Shown piece by piece: positions 54,729 to 63,053 of a DNA stretch of 64,000 nucleotides. Position 1 is the first letter of the stretch. Each line of letters opens with the position of its first letter. The position numbers were made by a program, and so were the translations under genes. The notes under the pieces were generated by a model. That model worked only from the letters and a program-made list of their open reading frames with translations, was not told where the DNA came from and did no database searches. The DNA is from an uncultured Gammaproteobacteria bacterium. GTDB lineage: Bacteria; Patescibacteriota; Patescibacteriia; Patescibacteriales; WJLG01. The DNA is taken from the NCBI GenBank assembly GCA_964395625.1, contig CAYNAR010000003.1:5857-69856 (forward strand). Reading direction: 5' to 3'.

Positions 54729-56546
54729 ATGAAACCTCAAGAACTACGCCAAAAGTACTTAGATTTTTTTAAAGAAAACGGACATTCCGCCATAAAAAGC
54801 GCCTCTTTGATACCGGAAAACGACCCGACAGTGCTTTTTACTACCGCTGGCATGCATCCTTTAGTGCCTTATTTGATGGGCGAGACCCATCCGGCCGGTA
54901 AACGCTTGGTCGATGTCCAGAAATGCGTCCGCACCGACGATATCGAAGAGGTTGGTGATAATCGCCATTTGGTTTTCTTTGAGATGATGGGTAATTGGTC
55001 GCTTGGTGATTATTTTAAGCAAGATTCTATAAAATGGAGCTTCGAGTTTTTGACTTCGCCGAAATGGCTGGGTTTGGATATTAATCGTCTGGCCGTCTCC
55101 GTCTTTGCCGGTGATAATGACGCCCCTTTCGATCAGGAGGCCTTCGACCTTTGGAAAGAACTTGGTATTCCGGAGAAGAGGATTGCTAAATTGCCAAAAA
55201 AGAACAACTGGTGGGGTCCGGCTGGCGTGACTGGTCCATGTGGCCCGGATACGGAAATATTTTACTGGACGGGGGATGCCGACAAGACGCCAGAAAGTTT
55301 CAATGATGACAATGACCTTTGGGTGGAGATTTGGAACAACGTCTTCATGCAATATAACAAGAAGGCCGATGGCACTTTCGAGCCTTTGGCGCAGAAGAAT
55401 GTGGATACCGGAATGGGCATGGAGAGAATTTTTACCGTAATAAAAGGCCAAAAAACTGTCTTTGATACCGATTTATTTCAACCATTGATAAAGAAGGTCG
55501 AGGAATTGTCCGGTAAAAAATACGGGGAGAACGAGGAAGACGACCGTTCTTTTAGGATTATCGCCGATCATTTACGCTCTTCCGTGTTTATAATAGGAGA
55601 CGAAAGAGGAGTTCCGCCGAGTAATACCGGTGCCGGTTATATCGTTCGCCGTTTGCTTCGCCGTGCCGTGGTCCACGGTCGTCGCTTGAATATATCCGCT
55701 TCCGCATGGCTTTCTTCCGTCGCCGAGATGGTTATTGGTGACTATAATGAGGCCTACCCTGAATTATTAGCCAATAAGGAGTTTATTTTAAATAATGTTA
55801 GCGAGGAAGAGTCGAAGTTTGAAAAGACATTGGAGAATGGTCTTAAAGAGTTCAATCAGCAATGCGAAACTTTGACTTGCAAGATGGAAGATAGTGACGA
55901 CATAAGTGTCACCATTCCCGGCGATATGGCCTTTATGATGTTCTCTACTTTTGGTTTTCCTATAGAATTGATCAGGGAGATCGCCAAAGATAAGAAAATG
56001 ACCATCGACGAAGCCGGTTTTGCCGAGGAATTCAAGAAGCATCAAGAGCTTTCTCGCACAGCTTCCGCTGGTATGTTTAAAGGTGGTTTGGCTGATGCTA
56101 GCGAAGAGACAAGGCGTTTGCATACCGCCGCCCACCTTCTTTTGGCTTCTTTGCGTCGTGTTCTTGGTCCTCATGTTCTTCAAAAGGGTAGTAATATAAC
56201 GGCGGAACGTCTGCGTTTCGACTTCTCTCATGGTGAAAAGATGACTTCCGAGCAAATCGCCGAAGTGGAGAGAATGGTCAATGAGACTATAGACAAGGAT
56301 TTGCCGATCGTTTGCGAAGAGAAAACTCTGGAGGAGGCCAGGAACCAGGGCGCGATGGGTGTCTTCGATTCTAAGTATGGGGAGATGGTCAAGGTTTATA
56401 AGGTGTGTTCCGGGGACGAAGTCGTCTCTTGCGAGATATGCGGTGGTCCTCATGCCGAGCGCACCGGCGAACTCGGTCATTTCAAAATAGCGAAGGAGGA
56501 GAGCTCTTCCTCTGGTGTGCGTAGAATAAAAGCCATTCTGGATTGA
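54729..56546 (+). CDS. alaS: Alanine--tRNA ligase, short form (catalytic, tRNA-recognition and editing domains; no C-Ala domain).
   Basis: 'LRQKYLDFFKENGH..I.SASL(I)P.NDPT(V)LFT.AGM..(L/F).PY(L)' and 'RHL.FFEMMGNWS(L)GDYFK'. Editing-site 'HTAAHLL' and 'CGGPH'. It has 605 aa and ends shortly after the editing domain. Confidence 0.93.
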   Translation: MKPQELRQKYLDFFKENGHSAIKSASLIPENDPTVLFTTAGMHPLVPYLMGETHPAGKRLVDVQKCVRTDDIEEVGDNRHLVFFEMMGNWSLGDYFKQDSIKWSFEFLTSPKWLGLDINRLAVSVFAGDNDAPFDQEAFDLWKELGIPEKRIAKLPKKNNWWGPAGVTGPCGPDTEIFYWTGDADKTPESFNDDNDLWVEIWNNVFMQYNKKADGTFEPLAQKNVDTGMGMERIFTVIKGQKTVFDTDLFQPLIKKVEELSGKKYGENEEDDRSFRIIADHLRSSVFIIGDERGVPPSNTGAGYIVRRLLRRAVVHGRRLNISASAWLSSVAEMVIGDYNEAYPELLANKEFILNNVSEEESKFEKTLENGLKEFNQQCETLTCKMEDSDDISVTIPGDMAFMMFSTFGFPIELIREIAKDKKMTIDEAGFAEEFKKHQELSRTASAGMFKGGLADASEETRRLHTAAHLLLASLRRVLGPHVLQKGSNITAERLRFDFSHGEKMTSEQIAEVERMVNETIDKDLPIVCEEKTLEEARNQGAMGVFDSKYGEMVKVYKVCSGDEVVSCEICGGPHAERTGELGHFKIAKEESSSSGVRRIKAILD

Positions 56547-56556
56547 TTTTGCTAAT

Positions 56557-56573
56557 CGCGAGCATTGAAAATT
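56557..56573. repeat. Variant half-site of the GCGAGCATT(A/G)AAAAT repeat family.
   Basis: gcgagcattgaaaattt lies 11 nt after the alaS stop. No inverted partner was seen nearby. Confidence 0.55.
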
Positions 56574-56743
56574 TCAGAGGTGTTGTTTTATGTGGTTTCT
56601 TGTACAAGGAGGTGTCGGCGAATAATCATGCCGATATGTGTTTTTTGAAAGCTTACGAAAGGTTTTAAAGGAAACGTTTTTTAAAAGTCTGTTTACTAAT
56701 ATTAGTGAAAAAAAGATTATTGTCTTTTTCCACTGGATAGAGC

Positions 56744-56772
56744 TTGACAATTAAACAAAACTTCTATATAAT
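56744..56772 (+). promoter_or_regulatory. Consensus sigma-70 promoter (TTGACA, 17-nt spacer, TATAAT) for the infA-rpmJ-rpsM-rpsK-rpsD-rpoA-rplQ operon.
   Basis: ttgaca-attaaacaaaacttcta-tataat lies about 85 nt upstream of infA. Confidence 0.7.
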
Positions 56773-56856
56773 CCTTAAATACAAAGGTAAAAGACTAATT
56801 TTAAAACTTAAAATAAGCAATTTACCAATAGTTAGGTTTGGTAATTTTTTTTGTTA

Positions 56857-57099
56857 ATGTCAGAAAACAAAAATAATCAAGCAGCAAATTCCAAAGACTT
56901 CATTGAAATGGAGGGTGAGGTTTTGGAGTTGATGCCCGCCGCCAGTTTTCGTATCGCTCTTACCAGCGGTCACGAGATATTGGCCCACTTATCCGGAAGA
57001 ATGCGGATGAATAAAATTCGTCTGGCGGTTGGAGATAGGGTCAAAGTACAGATTAGCCCTTATGATCTTACCAAAGGTAGGATTACTTTCCGTCTATAA
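56857..57099 (+). CDS. infA: Translation initiation factor IF-1.
   Basis: '[64 protein letters not shown]' is an S1-like IF1. The ATG at 56857 is preferred over the TTG at 56851. Confidence 0.93.
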   Translation: MSENKNNQAANSKDFIEMEGEVLELMPAASFRIALTSGHEILAHLSGRMRMNKIRLAVGDRVKVQISPYDLTKGRITFRL

Positions 57100-57139
57100 T
57101 CAGCTTATTTTTAAAATTCACTTTTAATTTTCATAGAAT

Positions 57140-57253
57140 ATGAAGGTCAGAGCCAGCGTTAAAAAAATTTGTAAAGATTGTAAAGTGGTCCGTCGCAAGG
57201 CCAGAGTTTGTGTTATTTGCAAGAATCCTAAACATAAACAAAGACAAGGGTAA
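57140..57253 (+). CDS. rpmJ: 50S ribosomal protein L36.
   Basis: Not in the ORF track because it is under 60 aa. Translation '[37 protein letters not shown]' is the canonical L36 zinc ribbon. Confidence 0.93.
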   Translation: MKVRASVKKICKDCKVVRRKARVCVICKNPKHKQRQG

Positions 57254-57274
57254 AATTATTAGCATTATATAATT

Positions 57275-57670
57275 ATGGCGCAAGCAAGAATAGCCGGTGT
57301 AAACATTCCGAGCGAAAAAAAAGTCAAAATTTCTTTATCTTATATCTATGGTATCGGTCCTGCCAGAGCTATGGATGTATTGAATGAGGCCAAAGTCGAT
57401 CCTGAAGAGAGGGTGAAGAATCTCACTGAAGCCCAGGTTAATAAGCTAAGAGATATTATTGAGAAGAAGTATGTCGTCGAAGGTGATTTGAGAAGAGAGA
57501 TCGTCGGCAACATCAAGCGCATGAAGGAAATCGGCGCTTATCGCGGTTTGAGACATGCCAAGGGTTTGCCTGTTCGCGGTCAGACCACTAAGCGTAACAG
57601 TCGCACTGTTCGCGGTAACGTTAGAAGGACGGCTTCCTCTGGAAGAAAACCGGCCGCTCAGAAGACCTAA
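57275..57670 (+). CDS. rpsM: 30S ribosomal protein S13.
   Basis: 'ARIAGVNIP..K.V.ISL.YIYGIG...A' and 'YRGLRH..GLPVRGQ.TK.N(S)RT'. Confidence 0.95.
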   Translation: MAQARIAGVNIPSEKKVKISLSYIYGIGPARAMDVLNEAKVDPEERVKNLTEAQVNKLRDIIEKKYVVEGDLRREIVGNIKRMKEIGAYRGLRHAKGLPVRGQTTKRNSRTVRGNVRRTASSGRKPAAQKT

Positions 57671-57698
57671 ACTTTTGCATAAATAGATTCAATATAAT

Positions 57699-58301
57699 AT
57701 GACTGAAGAGAAAAAGGATATCAAGGTGGCGGCAGAGGCCAAGACCGAAAAAGAAATCAAAAAAGAGATCCCGGTGGAACCGGAAGTTTCTTTGGATTTT
57801 GACGATGAACCGGATACCGATTCTTCTGGCGATAAGAAGCCGTTGATGGATACCGAGGAGTTGCCTGATGAAATCAAGAAGAAATTGGAGAGCCGCAAGG
57901 AAGAGAAATCCGGAAAGAAATTCAAGAAGAAAAAGAAGAAGGTTAGAACCGGTGTCGATGTCGGCAAGATTTACGTCAAAGCCACCTATAACAATACCAT
58001 AGTCACCGTGACCGATTTGAACGGTAACGTCATCTCTTGGGCTAGCGCCGGCATGGCCGGTTTCAAGGGCCCGAAGAAGGCTACCTCTTACGCCGCTCAG
58101 ATCATCACTAAGATCGCTTTGATCAAGGCTAAGGAAGATTTCGGTTTCAAGGAAGCCAGCGTCTTCGTCAATGGTATCGGCACAGGTCGCGAGGCCGCTA
58201 TCCGTTCCGTCAATGCCAATGGCATCAACGTAACCTCTATTAAAGATATTACCCCAATACCTCATAACGGCTGCCGTCCAAAGAAGCCGAGAAGAGTATA
58301 G
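57699..58301 (+). CDS. rpsK: 30S ribosomal protein S11 with an N-terminal acidic/lysine-rich extension of about 70 aa.
   Basis: Core '[46 protein letters not shown]......A...G.....V.V.G.G.GREAAIR......[19 protein letters not shown]'. The N-terminal 'MTEEKKDIK...KKFKKKKKK' is additional. Confidence 0.9.
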   Translation: MTEEKKDIKVAAEAKTEKEIKKEIPVEPEVSLDFDDEPDTDSSGDKKPLMDTEELPDEIKKKLESRKEEKSGKKFKKKKKKVRTGVDVGKIYVKATYNNTIVTVTDLNGNVISWASAGMAGFKGPKKATSYAAQIITKIALIKAKEDFGFKEASVFVNGIGTGREAAIRSVNANGINVTSIKDITPIPHNGCRPKKPRRV

Positions 58302-58319
58302 TTTATCAATAGTCCACTT

Positions 58320-58952
58320 ATGAAAAATATCGATCCAAAGTGCAAACAATGCCGTCGTATCGGCGAGAAGCTGATGCTCAAGGGTGCCCGTTGCAACTCC
58401 ACCAAGTGCGCCATGTCCAAGCGTCCTTTTCCGCCAGGTTTCCATGGTCCTAAATCCAAGGGTCCTGCTAAGAAGAGCGATTACGCTAAACAGCTCACCG
58501 AGAAGCAGAAGGCTAGAAAGCAATATTTGTTGTCCGAGAAGCAATTCGGGATAATCTTCGATAAGGCCGCTAAGAAAGTCGGTAACACCGAGAAGTTGTT
58601 GATTCAACTCTTGGAGATGCGTTTAGATAACGTCGCTTATCGTTTGGGATTCGCTTTGTCTCGCTCCGAGGCCAGACAATTGGTCAATCATGGTCATTTC
58701 ACCGTCAACGGACGCAAGGTCACTATCCCTTCCTTCAAGACTAAGACTGGCGATGTCATCAAGATGAAGGCCGCTTCATTGCGCAGCAAGAAGTTCGCCA
58801 ATCTTTCCGAGCGCATCAAGTCCGTCGACATCCCTGGTTGGTTGCATCTTACCTTGGACGATCTTTCCGGCAAGGTCTTGCATGAACCTTCCGCCAAGGA
58901 TTTGAAGACGAACCTCGATCCACACGTGATCGTCGAGTTCTATTCTAGATAA
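58320..58952 (+). CDS. rpsD: 30S ribosomal protein S4.
   Basis: 'CKQCRR.GEKL.LKG.RC...KCA', 'Y..QL.EKQK....Y', 'LE.RLDNV.YR.GFA.SR..ARQLV.HGH..VNG..V.IPS'. Confidence 0.95.
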   Translation: MKNIDPKCKQCRRIGEKLMLKGARCNSTKCAMSKRPFPPGFHGPKSKGPAKKSDYAKQLTEKQKARKQYLLSEKQFGIIFDKAAKKVGNTEKLLIQLLEMRLDNVAYRLGFALSRSEARQLVNHGHFTVNGRKVTIPSFKTKTGDVIKMKAASLRSKKFANLSERIKSVDIPGWLHLTLDDLSGKVLHEPSAKDLKTNLDPHVIVEFYSR

Positions 58953-59001
58953 TTTAATTTTTCTAATACCTCCCCTCATTAACAAGGAGGGCTGAAATTC
59001 T

Positions 59002-59832
59002 ATGGAATCCATCGCCAAACCAAACAAAGTAGAGTTTTTAAAGGGACAGAATCCTAACGAGGCCACTGTGGTCGTTGGTCCTTTTTATCCCGGCTACGGG
59101 ATGACCATCGGCAATTCTTTGCGTCGCGTGCTTTTGTCTTCTTTGGCCGGAACTGCCGCCGTTGGTGTTAAAATCGAGGGCGCCAGTCATGAATTCACTT
59201 CCTTGCCACATGTTAAAGAGGATGTCTTGCAGATAATTTTGAATTTGAAGAAGTTGAAGGTCGAATTATTGATCGAGACTGAAGAGGAGATTAAATTGGA
59301 GTTGGACGTTCGCGGTAAGAAAGAGGTCGTTGCCGGAGATATCAGCAAGGACTCTCGTATCAAGATCGCCAATCCGGATTTGGTCATTGCCAACATTACG
59401 GACATGGCCGGTTCCTTGAAGATGGAAATCACCATCGCTAAAGGACGCGGTTATCGCCCGGTCGAAGCCATCGAGGCCAAAGACAAGAAAGGCGAAATCG
59501 GTTATATCGATATGGATGCCATTTTCTCCCCGGTCCTTTTGGCCGGCTTGAAGGTGGAGAACGTTCGCGTCGGTAAGATGACTAACTGGGATAAGTTGAG
59601 CATTCAAATCATCACTGATGGCACTATAACCCCTGAAAAGGCTTATGATGATGCCGTTAAGATATTGCAGGATCAAGTCAGTGCCTTGACCGCCGGTCAG
59701 AGCAATGAAGAGACTGTTGTTTCCGATGAAGTCGAGTCTTCCGAAGAGGCCGAAGAGATCGCCGAGGAGTTCGAAGAGGAGGATGAAGAGCCAAGAAAGG
59801 AGAAAAAGTCTAAAAAGGCCAATAAAGAATAA
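59002..59832 (+). CDS. rpoA: DNA-directed RNA polymerase subunit alpha, N-terminal (assembly) domain only. The C-terminal domain is replaced by a 45-aa acidic tail.
   Basis: 'GPFYPGYGMTIGNSLRRVLLSSLAGTA..GVKIEG..HEF......V.EDV..IILNLK' and 'RGYRP'. The sequence ends '..ALTAGQSNEETVVSDEVESSEEAEEIAEEFEEEDEEPRKEKKSKKANKE'. No '(L/I)ELSVRS.NCLK' HhH motif is present. Confidence 0.9.
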   Translation: MESIAKPNKVEFLKGQNPNEATVVVGPFYPGYGMTIGNSLRRVLLSSLAGTAAVGVKIEGASHEFTSLPHVKEDVLQIILNLKKLKVELLIETEEEIKLELDVRGKKEVVAGDISKDSRIKIANPDLVIANITDMAGSLKMEITIAKGRGYRPVEAIEAKDKKGEIGYIDMDAIFSPVLLAGLKVENVRVGKMTNWDKLSIQIITDGTITPEKAYDDAVKILQDQVSALTAGQSNEETVVSDEVESSEEAEEIAEEFEEEDEEPRKEKKSKKANKE

Positions 59833-59853
59833 AAAGTTAGTAGATAAAATATT

Positions 59854-60204
59854 ATGAGACACAGAAAGAAAAAGGTAACCCTAGATAGGAAGACAGAGGC
59901 TCGTGGCATGTTGCTACGCAATTTAGCTTCCAGCGTTTTGATTTACGAAAAGGTCAAAACTACCGAAGCTAAGGCTAAGGCTGTCAGAAGCAGGGTCGAA
60001 AAGATGATTACCTTGGCAAAGGCCGGTGATTTGGCCTCTACCAAGAGATTAATCGCTTATTTGCCACAAAAGACTGCGGTCACCAAAGCTATCGAAGTTT
60101 TAAAGAGTCGCTACGAAAATCGCACTGGAGGCTATACTCGCATCGTCAAGATCGGTTCTCGCCAAGGTGATGGTGCTAAAGTAGTGATGATAGAATTAGT
60201 GTAA
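59854..60204 (+). CDS. rplQ: 50S ribosomal protein L17.
   Basis: 'MRHRKK...L.R....R..(M)LRNLA.S.(L)..E.(V)KTT..KAK..R...E(K)(M)IT.AK' and 'GGYTRI.K...R.GD.A'. Confidence 0.93.
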   Translation: MRHRKKKVTLDRKTEARGMLLRNLASSVLIYEKVKTTEAKAKAVRSRVEKMITLAKAGDLASTKRLIAYLPQKTAVTKAIEVLKSRYENRTGGYTRIVKIGSRQGDGAKVVMIELV

Positions 60205-60213
60205 AAAATTTAT

Positions 60214-60561
60214 ATGGAAAGAAAAGTTCATAAAATAGACGCCAGCGAACAGGCCCCGGGAAGACTTGCTTCTCGTATCGCCATTTTGTTGCGCGGAAAG
60301 AATAAGCCGACCTATCGTCCTCATATCGATGAGGGTGATATAGTCGAGGTGACCAATGCCGATAAGATAAAAATTACCGGCAAGAAGTTGATCCAGAAGA
60401 ACTACTACCGTGCTTCTCAATATCCGGGCGGTCTCAAGACCATTCCGATGTGGAGAGTCAAGGAGAAGAATCCGGGCGAGGTCATCATAAGAGCTGTCAA
60501 ACAGATGTTGCCAGCCACCAAGCTCCGTCCTGGTATGATGAAAAGATTGATTATTAAGTAA
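60214..60561 (+). CDS. rplM: 50S ribosomal protein L13 (short form).
   Basis: 'GRLAS.IA.LLRGK.KP.Y.PH.D.GD.V.V.NA.KI..TG.K...K.YY' and 'AVK.MLP...L...M...L'. Confidence 0.92.
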   Translation: MERKVHKIDASEQAPGRLASRIAILLRGKNKPTYRPHIDEGDIVEVTNADKIKITGKKLIQKNYYRASQYPGGLKTIPMWRVKEKNPGEVIIRAVKQMLPATKLRPGMMKRLIIK

Positions 60562-60578
60562 TCAAACAGATTTTAAAT

Positions 60579-61040
60579 ATGACTACTAAGAAAACCGCGG
60601 AAGCCAAGAAGGAAACGACTAAAGCTAAAACCGCTGAAAAAGAGATTTTTAAGGGCAAATACATCGCCACTATCGGACGTCGTAAGACTTCTGTCGCTCA
60701 GATCAGAGTCTATACCAACGGTGAAGGAAAATTCATCGTCAACGAGCGTCAAATAGCTAAGTATTTCCCGGAGGTTAAGGCCGAGTTGGCTGTTCAGCCG
60801 TTGAAGGCTGTCGGCAAGGATTCGGATGTCGATGTTTCCGTTATCGTCAAAGGTGGTGGAACCAATTCGCAGGCCGAGGCCATTCGTCATGGTTTGGCTC
60901 GTGCTATTTTGACCATCGATGAGGAGTACAAGGGTGTTATGAAGGCTAAGGGTTGGCTCACTCGCGATTCCCGCAAAGTCGAGCGCAAGAAATTCGGTCT
61001 CAAGAAAGCTCGCCGCGCCCCACAGTGGTCCAAGCGTTAA
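60579..61040 (+). CDS. rpsI: 30S ribosomal protein S9 with an N-terminal K/T/A-rich extension of about 25 aa.
   Basis: 'GRRKTSVAQIRV..G.G...(V)N', 'V.VKGGG..(S)QA.AIRHG(L)ARA(I)' and a C-terminal 'LTRD.R.VERKK.G..KAR...Q.SKR'. Confidence 0.93.
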   Translation: MTTKKTAEAKKETTKAKTAEKEIFKGKYIATIGRRKTSVAQIRVYTNGEGKFIVNERQIAKYFPEVKAELAVQPLKAVGKDSDVDVSVIVKGGGTNSQAEAIRHGLARAILTIDEEYKGVMKAKGWLTRDSRKVERKKFGLKKARRAPQWSKR

Positions 61041-61071
61041 TTACCGTTTATTTCGTTCAAATATTCAAAAA

Positions 61072-61098
61072 ACACACCATCTCACTGGTGCGTTTTTT
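61072..61098 (+). terminator. Rho-independent terminator.
   Basis: cacca-tctcac-tggtg followed by cgtttttt. Confidence 0.6.
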
Positions 61099-61122
61099 GT
61101 TTGTTTTTGCTATAATTTTATT

Positions 61123-61935
61123 ATGATCGGTGTCTTCGATTCCGGTGTCGGCGGCTTGACTGTCCTCAAATCTTTGTTGGAGTATTTGCCAGATTACGAC
61201 TATATTTATTTAGGCGACAATGGTCGCGCGCCATACGGAAATAAAACTAAAGAGCAGGTCTACGAGTATACCCGCCAAGCGGTCGATTTTTTATTCAGAC
61301 AAGGTTGCGACTTAATCGTCGTGGCGTGCAATACCGCTTCGGCTTTGGCTTTGCGCAAAATCCAGCAAAGCTATCTGCCGAAGAAATATCCTGGCAAGAG
61401 AGTCTTGGGTGTGGTGCGTCCGATGGCCGAGGCGATCGCCGACTTACACGGCATCGAGAAGGTCGGAATAATCGCGACCAAGGCTACGATAGCTTCGCAT
61501 ATCTATCACCACGAGATGAGGAAGCTGAGTTCTAGCAAACATGTAATAAGTCGAAGTGCCCCTTTGCTTGTCCCATTGATCGAGGGCGGTTCCACGGACG
61601 AAGCGAAGATCGAGGATGTTTTGAACGGATATTTATCACCACTCAAGAAAGAGAGAGTCCAAGCTTTGGTTTTAGGTTGTACGCATTATCCTTATTTACA
61701 AGATCAGATTTGCCAAATAATGGGTAAGGGTTGTAAAGTGTATAATTCCGGAGAGATAGTCGCCAAATCTTTAAAGGATTATTTGCGTCGTCACAAGGAA
61801 TTGGGCGTCAAGAGATCGATGAAATCGAAAGTGGAGTTTTATACGACCGGGAATGCCGAGAAGTTCAAGTCGCTAGGGGAGAGGTTTTTGAATAAGAGAA
61901 TCGTAAAAATTAAGAATGTCGATTTGAAATGGTAG
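61123..61935 (+). CDS. murI: Glutamate racemase.
   Basis: 'IGVFDSGVGGLTVL', 'Y.YLGDN.R.PYG.K', 'VVACNTASA', 'LGCTHYP'. Confidence 0.93.
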   Translation: MIGVFDSGVGGLTVLKSLLEYLPDYDYIYLGDNGRAPYGNKTKEQVYEYTRQAVDFLFRQGCDLIVVACNTASALALRKIQQSYLPKKYPGKRVLGVVRPMAEAIADLHGIEKVGIIATKATIASHIYHHEMRKLSSSKHVISRSAPLLVPLIEGGSTDEAKIEDVLNGYLSPLKKERVQALVLGCTHYPYLQDQICQIMGKGCKVYNSGEIVAKSLKDYLRRHKELGVKRSMKSKVEFYTTGNAEKFKSLGERFLNKRIVKIKNVDLKW

Positions 61936-61959
61936 GGGTAAAAAAATAATATTTTCAGT

Positions 61960-63048
61960 ATGGATAATTTGTTGGATAGGATAAATAGTCTAAAAAAACG
62001 CTTGGCTGATGTCTGGCGCGTTTTGAATTTGGAGGATTCGAAGGCTAAACTGATCGAGAAGCGTAAGGTTATGGAAGAAGCGGATTTTTGGTCCGATCAG
62101 GAGAGGGCGGTTAGGGTCAGTAAAGAGGCGGAGGATTTGGATAAAGAAACGAAGAAATGGGATGGAATCAAGTCGGAGATGGATAATCTATTCGATTTGG
62201 TCAATGAGGCAATAAGCGAAGAGGATAATTCTTTGGAAAAGGAGATAAATAGCAGTTTGACCGACTTGGAGAAGCGTTTCGAGGATTTGGAATTCTTCGC
62301 TTTGTTTTCCGGCAAGTACGATCGTAATAACGCGATACTTTCTATCCATGCCGGTACCGGTGGCGTGGACGCACAGGATTGGGCGCAGATGCTCGAGCGT
62401 ATGTATTTGCGTTTCTTCGAGAGTAAAGAGTGGCGCGCGGAAATACTCGATTTGACTCCCGGCAACGAGGCCGGCATCAAGAGCGTCACGATAAAAGTCG
62501 ATGGTCTGTGGGCCTTCGGGCACTTGCGCTCCGAGGCCGGCGTCCATCGCTTGGTGCGCATCTCGCCGTTCGACGCCGAGGCGATGCGCCAGACTTCTTT
62601 CTCCTTAGTCGATGTGATGCCGGAGTTCGACGACGTCGACGATATCGATGTTCCCGATATCGATTTGAAATTGGAGACTTATCGTTCTTCTGGTGCCGGA
62701 GGTCAGAATGTCAATAAGGTCGAGACGGCCGTGCGTTTGATTCATATACCGACCGGAATCACGGTCAATTGTCAGACTCAGCGTTCACAGCATCAGAATC
62801 GTGAGCTGGCTTTGCGTCTCTTGAAGTCTAAGTTGAAAGAAAAGCAATTAGCCGAGCAGTCGGCCGAGCAGAAAGAGGTGCGTGGCGAGGTGCATAAGGC
62901 CGAGTGGGGGAGACAGATCCGCTCTTACGTCCTACAACCTTATCAGATGGTCAAAGATCATCGCACCGAGCATGAGACTTCGGACGTTCGATCGGTCTTA
63001 GACGGCGATATCGATTTATTCATCGAAGCTTATCTGAAGATGAAATAA
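61960..63048 (+). CDS. prfB: Peptide chain release factor 2, a single continuous ORF with no programmed +1 frameshift site.
   Basis: 'SPF' tripeptide ('VRISPFDA') and '[16 protein letters not shown](L)IH.PTGI'. The N-terminal region is in frame from the ATG at 61960. Confidence 0.92.
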   Translation: MDNLLDRINSLKKRLADVWRVLNLEDSKAKLIEKRKVMEEADFWSDQERAVRVSKEAEDLDKETKKWDGIKSEMDNLFDLVNEAISEEDNSLEKEINSSLTDLEKRFEDLEFFALFSGKYDRNNAILSIHAGTGGVDAQDWAQMLERMYLRFFESKEWRAEILDLTPGNEAGIKSVTIKVDGLWAFGHLRSEAGVHRLVRISPFDAEAMRQTSFSLVDVMPEFDDVDDIDVPDIDLKLETYRSSGAGGQNVNKVETAVRLIHIPTGITVNCQTQRSQHQNRELALRLLKSKLKEKQLAEQSAEQKEVRGEVHKAEWGRQIRSYVLQPYQMVKDHRTEHETSDVRSVLDGDIDLFIEAYLKMK

Positions 63049-63053
63049 TAAAG

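Noticed and set aside
57621-58607. 328-aa minus-strand ORF across rpsM/rpsK/rpsD. Similar antisense ORFs occur at 15603-16094, 29381-30094, 32406-33077, 49863-50621, 55788-56480 and 59266-59862.
   Set aside because: Each is antisense to a gene with unambiguous family motifs (ribosomal proteins, FtsX-type permease, GT2, P-type ATPase, helicase, AlaRS, RpoA). They are spurious.
61960-63048. Expected programmed +1 frameshift in prfB.
   Set aside because: The RF2 ORF is continuous from its ATG. No in-frame UGA or 'CUU UGA C' site occurs near codon 25, so this lineage's prfB is simply unshifted.
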